Assembly: GCA_024704765.1 (NCBI GenBank)
Contig: JAKMXF010000299.1
Location: 372,001 to 436,000, forward strand
DNA length: 64,000 nt
Source: Oopsacas minuta
Lineage: Eukaryota; Animalia; Porifera
Direction of reading: 5' to 3'
Position numbers and translations under genes: made by a program. The stretch's first letter is position 1. Each line of letters opens with the position of its first letter. The notes below the pieces were generated by a model. The model was not told the origin of the DNA. It searched no databases and saw only the letters and a program-made list of their open reading frames with translations. This document shows, piece by piece, positions 10,808 to 21,263 of this stretch.

Positions 10808-11536
10808 TATTTTCTACTAGATAGAGCTTTGTATGATGATGATTATTATTGTAACAGTAATAAGAATGATAGATTGTAATTTTACGTTGATTACATGCTC
10901 TCAACTGATTCGAAATGAATTGAATGTGGGTAGATTTTGTATATTGTATAGAAAGTCTAGAAATTTCTGAGATCGATTTGTTATCAGCTGACTATAACTG
11001 TTACGCAAAGGTACTTGTGAAAAGTAGCCGTTATGTATAGACTTATAGATAATCATAACATGCTATACTGTATATAGAAACTACGTGTGTATTGCGAGGC
11101 AATAAATCCTTGTAACGTTTCTTCTTTTTACCATGGATAATTAATAATGCTTAATTACTTTTATGTATCATAAAATACATGAGCAGTAAACGAACTAAAC
11201 GTATATACAATATAGCTAATTAATGACAATATTTTCAGTAAATTTTTGGAATATTTTAAAAAAATTACACTGTATGAACTTGCAATTAGCCAATCACATA
11301 TTCGGTATTCCAATTCGCCAAAGCTCAGTTTGGTCATGACGATTTTTCTCGATTCTCTGAGCAAGATATTCCCTTAATCTTAAATATTTTCAACAAAGTT
11401 GTTTCATAAATAATAAATATAGTAAATGTCAAATAATAACAATAAATTAGTTGAATAAATAGAAATAAGCGATATCTAATAAACAAGAGTAAAGCTAATC
11501 TAACTGCGTTGATTAGTATAAAAGTTAAGTCGGTTA

Positions 11537-13510
11537 TTATTTTGAAGCTGCACTGCTACGTTGTGTAGCGAGGAGTTCGTCAATTTCATGTTTATACTTT
11601 TTGGTGACTTGAATTCGTCTCAGTTTGAATGTCGGAGTAAGTAATTCGTTTTCAACAGTGAATACATCTGTGGTGATGTAAATATATTTGATTCGTTCAA
11701 AAGAGTTCAGTCCATAGAGTTTAGCATCAGAATCCAACTCTTTAACGATAGTATTGATAAGCGATTTATTCTTAGATGACTCTTCTATGCTCCCTTTTAT
11801 GCCTTTCTTCCCTGCCCATCCCTCGAATGTATCCGGGTCTGCTACGAGAATAGCTACTGGGAATGGATAGAGAGAGTTAGCATGTACGAAAGCCTGCATG
11901 ATAGCTGGATGTCTCGCGTAACAGTTCTCAATCTTCTCAGGTGCGATGTATTCTCCGTTTGATAGTTTCACAATGTGTTTCTTCCTGTCAATAATCTTAA
12001 GACAACCGTTATCTAGCCACTTTCCTATATCTCCTGAGTGTAGCCATCCATCTGAGTCAATCGCTTCCTTAGTCTTGAACTCATCGTGTAGATAACCTTT
12101 GAATACATTAGGTCCTTTGAAACACACTTCTCCTTCTCCGTTTTTAGCATAGTATTCCATATCTGGTACATCTACAACCTTTACAATGTTACAAGGCAGC
12201 GGGGGACCGACATGCCCTGATTGTGATTCTCCCGGTAATGTCATTGTAGCTCCTGCAGTACACTCAGTTTGTCCGTAACCTTCTAGGACAATACAACCAA
12301 GTGCACAACGCAGGAATGTGAGTACATCAGGACTAAGGGGAGCTGCTCCTGTAATTGCTATCCTCACACGTCCGCCTAAAGCGTCTTGAAAACGTTTGAA
12401 AAGCAAACTATCCCAAATAGTATTTCTAGAAATTATTCCATTATCGAGGGCTATCTTCTTTCTTTTCAATGCAAAATTGAAAAGAAGTTTTTTAATATGG
12501 TTCGAATTGACAAGTGACATCGTCTTGTCATATAACCTGTTCAATAGTCTCGGTACTGATATAAATATCGTGGGTCTACAAGCCAGGATATCATCCGTGA
12601 GCAGTTTGATATCACCTTGAAAGAAGCATATTTTTCCACCATTCATAAACATAGCAACTTGTATGATTCTCTCATACATGTGCGCCATAGGGAGGTAAGA
12701 TAAATGATAGTCTTCAGTAGTAATCATAGATTGACCTTCCATTATTGAAGTCGCAGCTGCGCAATCGGCGATTATATTACGATGTGTTAGCATTGCTCCT
12801 TTGGGTTTACCAGTGGTTCCTGAGGTGTAGCAGACCGTTGCAAGATCATCCGGTTTAGGAGGTACATGTTGTACAAAACATTTTTTACCTTCCTCCTCTA
12901 ACACTCCCATGGATACTATATCAACTTTGTATTCAGCTGCTAGCTTCTTATCTACAACTGAGACCTTGCCTATCTTTACAATCAGTTTAGGCTTCTTTGT
13001 ATGCGAAACACTTTTGAGACGATCTGCAAATCTATCAGCTGACAGCACCACAACTTCTGTATTAGCTTGTGTTATAATATGTTCTATAGCTTCAGGTCCC
13101 AGTGTGTCATACAGAGGTACCAATACTTGGCTGTATGCATTGCAAGCTTGTTCTACAATCACCCATTCAGGACAATTCTTACTAGCTATTCCGATAAATG
13201 TTCTTTGTCCAGCTAAATGACCTCTATTGATTAGCCCGCTACCGAAATTATCTATTCTCTCCTGTATCTGAGAATATGTCTCATATTTGTATAACCGATT
13301 GAATTGTCGTGTTCCCAAACAGGCCAAATCCTTTGCAAGCTTCAATCCACGTTGAAACCCATTATAGAGGGTTTTTACGTCATTATACGTAGTTTCCATC
13401 AGATCACCATTTTCTGGTAAGAAGGCACTCACCCTAACACAGGGGTCATCCTTCAAGGGCCTTGATTGTACGTCATTCGCCCTGGGAAATTGAATTCGAA
13501 CTGAGCTCAT
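11537..13510 (-). CDS. ACSL: Long-chain acyl-CoA synthetase, copy C (inverted, no N-terminal TM anchor)
   Basis: YTSGTTGKPKG, DYHLSYLPMAHMYE, GYGQTE, GWLHSGDIG. 657 aa. An in-frame TAA lies immediately before the ATG. Confidence 0.93.
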   Translation of the reverse strand: MSSVRIQFPRANDVQSRPLKDDPCVRVSAFLPENGDLMETTYNDVKTLYNGFQRGLKLAKDLACLGTRQFNRLYKYETYSQIQERIDNFGSGLINRGHLAGQRTFIGIASKNCPEWVIVEQACNAYSQVLVPLYDTLGPEAIEHIITQANTEVVVLSADRFADRLKSVSHTKKPKLIVKIGKVSVVDKKLAAEYKVDIVSMGVLEEEGKKCFVQHVPPKPDDLATVCYTSGTTGKPKGAMLTHRNIIADCAAATSIMEGQSMITTEDYHLSYLPMAHMYERIIQVAMFMNGGKICFFQGDIKLLTDDILACRPTIFISVPRLLNRLYDKTMSLVNSNHIKKLLFNFALKRKKIALDNGIISRNTIWDSLLFKRFQDALGGRVRIAITGAAPLSPDVLTFLRCALGCIVLEGYGQTECTAGATMTLPGESQSGHVGPPLPCNIVKVVDVPDMEYYAKNGEGEVCFKGPNVFKGYLHDEFKTKEAIDSDGWLHSGDIGKWLDNGCLKIIDRKKHIVKLSNGEYIAPEKIENCYARHPAIMQAFVHANSLYPFPVAILVADPDTFEGWAGKKGIKGSIEESSKNKSLINTIVKELDSDAKLYGLNSFERIKYIYITTDVFTVENELLTPTFKLRRIQVTKKYKHEIDELLATQRSSAASK

Positions 13511-14265
13511 TTATTGGTAGAAAAAATAGTAGAACAATTTGTACCTATGATAGTTATATCTTAATTATCCAAATATGAAAACCTAAAAATGTACATGTGA
13601 TGGATCACATTGTTTATTAATCATGCGCATATCTTTGACTTCTGTACATACCAGAAAAAGCACAAGCTTGATATTGAAATGGAAACTAACCAATTATCTG
13701 TCACTGCCGAATTTCACATGCTAGATGCCATTTATTAAGTTGAATAGTTGATCAGCAGAGTGTGACACTTGAATACTTGAATTAAATATACAAAAGTGCG
13801 TACAATATTCAAGCCGTGTTGGTTCACTGGCTCTCTGTTATTATTGCAGTTCTTGGGCAAACCTTGCAAATTATCCTATTTGTGTAGTAAGAGTTAACCA
13901 AACCAATTCCAATCCTATTGCAACCAATCCTGCTCAGCTGACTGTTAACAGTTCCCGTTAATTATAATATATTATTATATCAGTTCCTCTATCAACTTCG
14001 AAATTAGATAAATGATTGAGTTGTAAAATATTTATAAATTAGTAATTAGTTATTGCTCATATTACATCTGATTAGTCTTTTGATCTACTGATCTAATGTT
14101 CTAATGTGGAAAGGTTATGAAAATTGTAATTATTTCTGATATTTAATTATTTGTTCATTTGTTGCAAAATTGCGAATTCAAGATACTTTTGTTGTCCCGT
14201 GATTTGTATAATTCGATACAATTATTTTACAACATCAAATTAATTGATAAACTTGTTTCCATGTA

Positions 14266-14422
14266 CAGTGGAACCTATGATAATCCGGAATACCTCTATA
14301 ATCTGACACTATTTATGATCTTGTATAGTAGCGTCTTACAAATTCACCTGCATAATCTGACAATTGCGAATCCCACACAATTTTCATGTCCCAACGAGTG
14401 TCGGATAATGCAGGTTCCACTG
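14266..14422. mobile_element. Tc1/mariner(pogo)-type MITE, 157 bp
   Basis: TA|CAGTGGAACCT ... AGGTTCCACTG|TA: perfect 11-bp terminal inverted repeat with imperfect extension and a TA duplication on both sides. Confidence 0.75.
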
Positions 14423-14617
14423 TACTGACAGAATTGCAGAGGATTTTAATGGATAAGATTTGGGTGATTCCATCCGATATATGGCCCTTATTTTTCCTGT
14501 CGTGTTTATAACCCACGCTAAAGAACTTAGCTTCTCCTGTTCGTTGTTAGATGCATATAAATGCGACAGATTTTCGTGCGACAATCTCTTCTAACAACGA
14601 ATCAATAAAGAATTAGA

Positions 14618-15793
14618 ATGATCTTATCCACATTAAGAGATGTATTCGGTCGCAGTGAAGGTACATGCAAAGAGGTTCTTCACCCTCATCAAGACTCTTG
14701 CATATTAACCACCATAGAATTAGCTATAAACTTTTTTTACGAAAGTTTTAAACTGTACACTATGTTGCATTTGATGTTTCAACCTATTCAGGGGAAATTC
14801 GCTATAAAATCTCTGATCATTGATATACTGCGATCTACGATCTTTCTTTCCGTCAACGGTCTAGGCTTGACGTCATTTATTTGCGTACTTCACAAAATAT
14901 TTGGTGCTATATATAATTGCAATATTGTGTTCATTCCCTGTTTTATTGCTGCATCATTGGCCTACCCAATTGAGTCTCGCCCCAGGCAGCGATTGTTGAC
15001 GCCATATATGGTCAGTAATGTTGTAGAGACAATTACTAGCGTATTTATTTCGCGAAATTATCTACCTTCTATTCCCTATTTGGATGTGTTGTTGTTCATG
15101 CTTGCTTCAGGGAAAATATGTGGTCGGTTGTCAACACCTGTCAGTCACAGAGGATTCAATGACACTATATTTAGTCTGCTTACTAATCCCATGGATATCC
15201 TAAGAAGGAACTTCTTCCCCTTTTACCGGATATTGTCTTTCTATTTACACAAATTTCTACCCAATTCTAACATTTTGAAGATTCCTATCCTGTTGACTGG
15301 TGGTTGTGTTTGGGGATTACTCATTGGATTGAGTTATAATATAGTTACACTGATAATCAGTAAAGTGAGTAAACTATTGAGTGGTTCGAAAGAAGAAAGA
15401 AGAAGTAAAAGATTTAATTTTCATATTCCTATCTTACTAGCTGCTTATATCGGACTGTTCCAGATATGTAAACATATCCTGCGAAATGTAACACCTCTAT
15501 CAGACACGATTTCAGGTCTCCTTGCTGGATCAGCTATTTCTATTTATCGTTTCCCTTCACTCTCTCTCTACCTCTTCATTAAAGAATTACTATCTCTGTC
15601 TAAAACACTCATGCATTCAGGTTATCTTCCTAGAATACCTTACTTCAATTATGTCCTATACGTCATATCGACTACTCTTCAGTTATATTGTGTAGTATAT
15701 GAGAGTCAAGTTGTTAAACCAGCTTACATGCACTTTATCCTCAAAGTTAGTTCATACGTAGTTCCGAATCTACAGAATTATTCTCGTATTTAG
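14618..15793 (+). CDS. TMEM135: TMEM135-like multi-pass membrane protein, copy 1
   Basis: CKEVLHPHQDSC, ESFKLY, DILRSTIFLSVNG, IESRPRQRLLTPYM and C-terminal GYLPRIPYFNYVLYVISTT...VVYE...KPAYMHFI parallel recalled human TMEM135 (CYEIGHTWHPSC, ESLKIY, EILQSASFLTANG, IERKSRRGLLTIYM, GKVPYFPHADTIIYSISTA...VMEVQTLRPSYWKFL). Confidence 0.85.
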   Translation: MILSTLRDVFGRSEGTCKEVLHPHQDSCILTTIELAINFFYESFKLYTMLHLMFQPIQGKFAIKSLIIDILRSTIFLSVNGLGLTSFICVLHKIFGAIYNCNIVFIPCFIAASLAYPIESRPRQRLLTPYMVSNVVETITSVFISRNYLPSIPYLDVLLFMLASGKICGRLSTPVSHRGFNDTIFSLLTNPMDILRRNFFPFYRILSFYLHKFLPNSNILKIPILLTGGCVWGLLIGLSYNIVTLIISKVSKLLSGSKEERRSKRFNFHIPILLAAYIGLFQICKHILRNVTPLSDTISGLLAGSAISIYRFPSLSLYLFIKELLSLSKTLMHSGYLPRIPYFNYVLYVISTTLQLYCVVYESQVVKPAYMHFILKVSSYVVPNLQNYSRI

Positions 15794-16328
15794 TTTTACT
15801 TATATTAAGTGTGTTTTAGTTTTTTGAATAATTGATTTGTATATCGAATAATTTACAGTATTTATTTTTCAATGATATTTATTGCGTTTGTTTATTCTAC
15901 ACCAAGCAGTAGGTATTGTACAGAATATGTTCCTAACATCCCTCTGATATCAATTTCGTAATGTTTCTATATATTAGAATTGATATCTAGTTTATTATAA
16001 TTCTTACGCGTAAGGGATATTAAGTTAGTAACGTGCTGTTTGATAAGGTCATGCTATAGGTCTGTAGGCTCTTAGCAGGTAAAGTTGGATTTGCTAGGTG
16101 GACTTATGATGTATATTTCATCCTGCGAAGTTGGTCCGGTGGAAACCCTACCTATCGGACCATCTCCTACGGCCATATTTTTCGAGGTAAAAAGCAAACT
16201 CTTCATAGCTACAAATTTACTACATGTATATTTTGTATCTCACTTACCTTGAACAATAATTAATAATTGCAGATTAACAATCTAAGAACAAATCAATTCA
16301 ACAAGCAAATAGCATATTATCTAATAAA

Positions 16329-17498
16329 ATGATCTTATCAACACTAAGAGACCTATCCTCTCGCTATGAAGGTAATTGTCAGGAGATCACACATCCCGAC
16401 CAGTCCTCCTGTATCAAATCCAATATCATTAACATATGGTATGTTAATATACAATGTCTCAAACTATACGTCCCATTCTTCCTGCTAATCCATGCGATAC
16501 AGGGAAATTTCTCTTTGAAATCACTTGTAAAGGATGTATCAAGATCCTCACTATTTCTTACAATTAATTGTGCTGGCCAAAATGTCGTATGTTGTTTATT
16601 ATATAATATACTTGGAGTTATGTACAAGTGCAATCTCTCTATCAACACCACTATAATCTCTTCTCTCCTGGCATATCCGATTGAAACTCGTTCTAGACAG
16701 CGAATTTTGATGCCATATGCGCTTAGCATTTTTGTAGAGACAATTGTTCGTGTGTTTGTATCGCGAAATTATCTACCTTCTATTCCCTATTTGGATGTGT
16801 TGTTGTTCATGCTTGCTTCAGGGAAAATATGTGGTCGGTTGTCAACACCTGTCAGTCACAGAGGATTCAATGACACTATATTTAGTCTGCTTACTAATCC
16901 CATGGATATCCTAAGAAGGAACTTCTTCCCCTTTTACCGGATATTGTCTTTCTATTTACACAAATTTCTACCCAATTCTAACATTTTGAAGATTCCTATC
17001 CTGTTGACTGGTGGTTGTGTTTGGGGATTACTCATTGGATTGAGTTATAATATAGTTACACTGATAATCAGTAAAGTGAGTAAACTATTGAGTGGTTCGA
17101 AAGAAGAAAAAAGAAGTAAAAGATTTAATTTTCATATTCCTATCTTACTAGCTGCTTATATCGGACTGTTCCAGATATGTAAACATATCTTGCGAAATGT
17201 AACACCTCTATCAGACACGATTTCAGGTCTCCTTGCTGGATCAGCTATTTCTATTTATCGTTTCCCTTCACTCTCTCTCTACCTCTTCATTAAAGAATTA
17301 CTATCTCTGTCTAAAACACTCATGCATTCAGGTTATCTTCCTAGAATACCTTACTTCAATTATATCCTATATGTCATATCCTCTGCAATACAATTTCACT
17401 GTGTTGTATTCGAGCATGACAACGTTAATCCTGGGTATATGAGATTTCTGACAACATACAGTGGATCTATAATCCCAAACCTTCAGAAATATTTTTAA
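16329..17498 (+). CDS. TMEM135: TMEM135-like, copy 2
   Basis: Paralog of copy 1. The central 603 nt (16761-17363) are almost identical to 15050-15652. Confidence 0.85.
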   Translation: MILSTLRDLSSRYEGNCQEITHPDQSSCIKSNIINIWYVNIQCLKLYVPFFLLIHAIQGNFSLKSLVKDVSRSSLFLTINCAGQNVVCCLLYNILGVMYKCNLSINTTIISSLLAYPIETRSRQRILMPYALSIFVETIVRVFVSRNYLPSIPYLDVLLFMLASGKICGRLSTPVSHRGFNDTIFSLLTNPMDILRRNFFPFYRILSFYLHKFLPNSNILKIPILLTGGCVWGLLIGLSYNIVTLIISKVSKLLSGSKEEKRSKRFNFHIPILLAAYIGLFQICKHILRNVTPLSDTISGLLAGSAISIYRFPSLSLYLFIKELLSLSKTLMHSGYLPRIPYFNYILYVISSAIQFHCVVFEHDNVNPGYMRFLTTYSGSIIPNLQKYF

Positions 17499-18106
17499 AT
17501 CGAATGAGAGTTTATTGATTGTTGAATTGAGTTAATTGTAATTTAATATTTGTATTTTATTATTCAATTAAGTCTATATCGAATTAGTGTTGAACTGTAT
17601 ACTTATTCACTCTGCCTCAGGGGTGTATACTGCTTTTTATTAGCAAATAGCTTCATTGTAATATCAAAACTCAAATTACTTGTATTATCAAGGGCAGCGG
17701 AAGGTAATAGTAGCGGTCAGACAATTTCCTTGATCCATTGTAAAATGGTCAGTCCCGCTTATACAATTGAATTGACCGTTTAGCCACTTTGATTAGTAAC
17801 CCGATATAGTTATCTTGCTGATCACCATTAGGGCTATTAACAGAGAAGTTGCATGATAATTTAGTCAGCCTATATTATCGAACAGCTCCTTCGGTAAATT
17901 ATTATTTTGCCTAAGTTCTGACATACGTATGACGAGTCTTTGGGGGCCAACACATATTTTGCGGTACAGAGATGTTTTTTGCAATTTTGTACTTTCACAT
18001 GCAGTTATATGAATGTTCATGGTGTTAATCCTACTATTTATGTATCAAATTAACACTAGCAAGCTTGAAACCAATAAATATTTAACTTTTCAAACGTCTT
18101 GTTACA

Positions 18107-19300
18107 ATGATTCTCTCCACTCTAAGACCTCTATTCGCCTACTATGATACGAATTGTAAGGATGTTCTACACCCCCACACAGATTCATGTGTCCAAGCCT
18201 TCCTCGACATAGTATTTACTGTTAGTAAACAAAGTTTGAAATTGTATCTAGTACTCTACTTATTCCTTCGCCTTATTCAATGGAAATTATCACTGAAACC
18301 ATATTTGATTGATGTTTTCAGATCGAGTCTCTTCTTGGTGATTAACGGTCCTGGATTGTTATTAGCTGATTGTGTGTTTGATAAAATATTTGGAGTTATG
18401 TATAAGTTCAATTCTATCTTTGTTCCTGGTCTTATTGCTGCAGCATCGGCGTTTCTAGTCGAATCTCGTTCAAGACAGCGACTTTTAGCACCTTATATAT
18501 TCAGTAATTGTGTAGACTCAGTTTCCAGTGTGTTTGTATCGCGAAATTTCTTACCTTCTATTCCCTATTTGGATGTGTTGTTGTTCATGCTTGCTTCAGG
18601 GAAAATATGTGGTCGGTTGTCAACACCTGTCAGTCACAGAGGATTCAATGACACTATATTTAGTCTGCTTACTAATCCCATAGATATCCTAAGAAGGAAC
18701 TTCTTCCCCTTTTACCAGATATTGTCTTTCTATTTACACAAATTTCTACCCAATTCTAACATTTTGAAGATTCCTATCCTGTTGACTGGTGGTTGTGTTT
18801 GGGGATTACTCATTGGATTGAGTTATAATATAGTTACACTGATAATCAGTAAAGTGAGTAAACTATTGAGTGGTTCGAAAGAAGAAAGAAGAAGTAAAAG
18901 ATTTAATTTTCATATTCCTATCTTACTAGCTGCTTATATCGGACTGTTCCAGATATGTAAACATATCTTGCGAAATGTAACACCTCTATCAGACACGATT
19001 TCAGGTCTCCTTGCTGGATCAGCTATTTCTATTTATCGTTTCCCTTCACTCTCTCTCTACTTCTTCATTAAAGAATTACTATCTCTGTCTAAAACACTCA
19101 TGCATTCAGGTTATCTTCCTAGAATACCTTACTTCAACTTTTTCTTGTACTTCATTTCCTGTGCAATTCAATTCCATTGCGTTGTGTTTGAACCTGAAAA
19201 TGTTATTCTATCTTATCGAAAGTTTATCAACACAGTTAGTGGAGGGTTGGTTCTACAGATTAGTAATTCTCTGAAGGAAAAAGAGTGTATCAGCTATTAG
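18107..19300 (+). CDS. TMEM135: TMEM135-like, copy 3
   Basis: Paralog of copies 1 and 2. The central block 18539-19137 is nearly identical to theirs, and the ends are divergent. Confidence 0.85.
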   Translation: MILSTLRPLFAYYDTNCKDVLHPHTDSCVQAFLDIVFTVSKQSLKLYLVLYLFLRLIQWKLSLKPYLIDVFRSSLFLVINGPGLLLADCVFDKIFGVMYKFNSIFVPGLIAAASAFLVESRSRQRLLAPYIFSNCVDSVSSVFVSRNFLPSIPYLDVLLFMLASGKICGRLSTPVSHRGFNDTIFSLLTNPIDILRRNFFPFYQILSFYLHKFLPNSNILKIPILLTGGCVWGLLIGLSYNIVTLIISKVSKLLSGSKEERRSKRFNFHIPILLAAYIGLFQICKHILRNVTPLSDTISGLLAGSAISIYRFPSLSLYFFIKELLSLSKTLMHSGYLPRIPYFNFFLYFISCAIQFHCVVFEPENVILSYRKFINTVSGGLVLQISNSLKEKECISY

Positions 19301-19529
19301 AATGCCAATTTGAATTTTTCTGAATTTTGATGTATTGAATGATAATCATTATTTCATATTTGATGGCTAAATACGTATTTGTACCATTTTACCTCGAATA
19401 GTATTCGGAGCGAGGAAGGCGAATACCCAAAGGGGTCGATATTTTGTTAACAAACATATTCTCAAGTGATATAGTTTCTATAAATAACAAGTGATAACGA
19501 TGTGATCCAATATAAGGGCTTATGTAGCA

Positions 19530-20309
19530 CTACTTAGAACCTATAATAAATATGCTAATATCATCAAATTCGACAAGATCTTTGCCTTTTAGTAAAGTTT
19601 GATCAAGTTCTTCTATTTCTTTCTGTATTTGTTCATCGGAAATTACGTCATTATTTATCGTACTAATAAATCTTTTGGTAAAGTGTTCATACCATGCAGG
19701 TTTTGTAAGTGCATGTTTGTAAATCTTTTCTTCAATGGTAACCTTGAATCCTGCGTTTAATAATGCTGCCTCAATTGTTCCTGTTGGGGTTGAACACCAC
19801 AATTTCTGTGCAGTAGCAATGAGAGGTAGGTTTGGTACTTTTTCCCGCCTGGTTAGAATAAGCACTTTCCCTGATTTGCTTAGTTTGTTGTAAATAGTTT
19901 CGAAGAAGGATTGAAGTTTCTCTTCCTTTATGAAATGTATTGTTGACGTAGCAATGAATGCATCCACTACCAAATCAATTTTTTGGATATCTTCCATTTG
20001 TAAATTTACAAATTCCAGTGACTTATTATGACAGTGTTTTTCTTTCCCCACTGTTTGCATATTGACAGAACTGTCTACGCAATATGCTTTCACATTTTTA
20101 CGAAGGCAAATTTCATTCAACAAGTCTCCACAACCGCCCCCTAAATCTGCGACCTTTTGGAAATCTTGAATTTTCAAACTCTCCACAGCTCTATCTGCAA
20201 TCCATTTTGTCTTGGTATTTCCCCAGAATTCTAGCTGATGATAATCTGAACTTATTTGGTCAAAATGCTCATGAGATAACTTCTCTACTTCCAAGACTTG
20301 TTTAGCCAT
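19530..20309 (-). CDS. Class I SAM-dependent methyltransferase (small-molecule type, substrate unknown), 259 aa
   Basis: Motif I VADLGGGCGDLL, motif II AYCVDSS, DAFIATSTIHF, and LSKSGKVLIL. The first ATG is at 20309; the longer ORF-track version starts at a TTG and is probably an overextension. Confidence 0.8.
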   Translation of the reverse strand: MAKQVLEVEKLSHEHFDQISSDYHQLEFWGNTKTKWIADRAVESLKIQDFQKVADLGGGCGDLLNEICLRKNVKAYCVDSSVNMQTVGKEKHCHNKSLEFVNLQMEDIQKIDLVVDAFIATSTIHFIKEEKLQSFFETIYNKLSKSGKVLILTRREKVPNLPLIATAQKLWCSTPTGTIEAALLNAGFKVTIEEKIYKHALTKPAWYEHFTKRFISTINNDVISDEQIQKEIEELDQTLLKGKDLVEFDDISIFIIGSK

Positions 20310-21263
20310 TCCTGTTTTCACTAAATAACTGGGATAATGACAAATTGGTGATAGGTCAGCCCGTGCCCTGCTCGAGGGCAATTCCCGGAACCCCTGAAGC
20401 CAATTCAAAGCGTCACGGTTCGCCCACCTGTCCCCATTCCTCAATTTAGAAAACTTGTGTTTATTGTATTCAAATTTTGCATATGTAAAATTCAACCCTG
20501 TAAGTAGTGCCCTTAGTCGGTAATGACTCCGTGTATCCGTCAATTAAGCAAATAATTAATCTAAGGACGAAGTAGTAGATAACACTTATGGGGAGATATA
20601 ATAGTGAATATGAAAATAGCTAGGAATTTAATGTGGACAACTCAAAGGTTTCTAGTATAAGATTTATAGTGATTAAAGTAGAATTAAGTGTGTATAAAAT
20701 TAATGACATTGAGTTCGGCCGCACACTCCGAACACTCCTAAATCTGGTACTGGTCAGCCCCACCACCAATTTGTCATCACACTGTTTCTATAAAAGTACA
20801 AGGGCATCCTAGCTATCCCTGGTCACATTCTGAGTTCCTTATTAAAGAGAGCCTGTAGTACTATATTTGGTCCCCCAAAAGTCGGTCCGGACCATATATG
20901 GCGCCATGTAAGGTCCCCTACAGTATAATGTACCTTATTGGCAAGGTTTAGTTACTGCAATCTTAAACTTACAATTATGAGATTGTTTCTAATTTTGTCC
21001 ATTTCCGCAAATACTCATATCTCCAAAATAAAATCTACCTCCACTTACTCTACAAGATCTCGAGAAAGATAAACACAATACGTGGTATAGTTTAATCAAA
21101 TTAAATTGATATACAACAAGGCGATTACAGCAACGTAACATCTGCAATTAGAGGATAGAAAGGAGTAAAACGGCGTGCATCCGATTCCAGACTTAAAGGA
21201 TTAAAATTGCGCGCATATACGGACGCATTCGTTACTGTCCTTGGCACAGCTTGGGGGGGCCAG

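Noticed and set aside
20310-20543. N-terminal 78-aa extension of the methyltransferase ORF, briefly considered as a DNA-binding domain or as the last exon of the ZNF608-like gene
   Set aside because: It starts at a TTG, has no recognisable motif, and the nearby acceptor gives stops in the relevant phases. The first ATG is at 20309.
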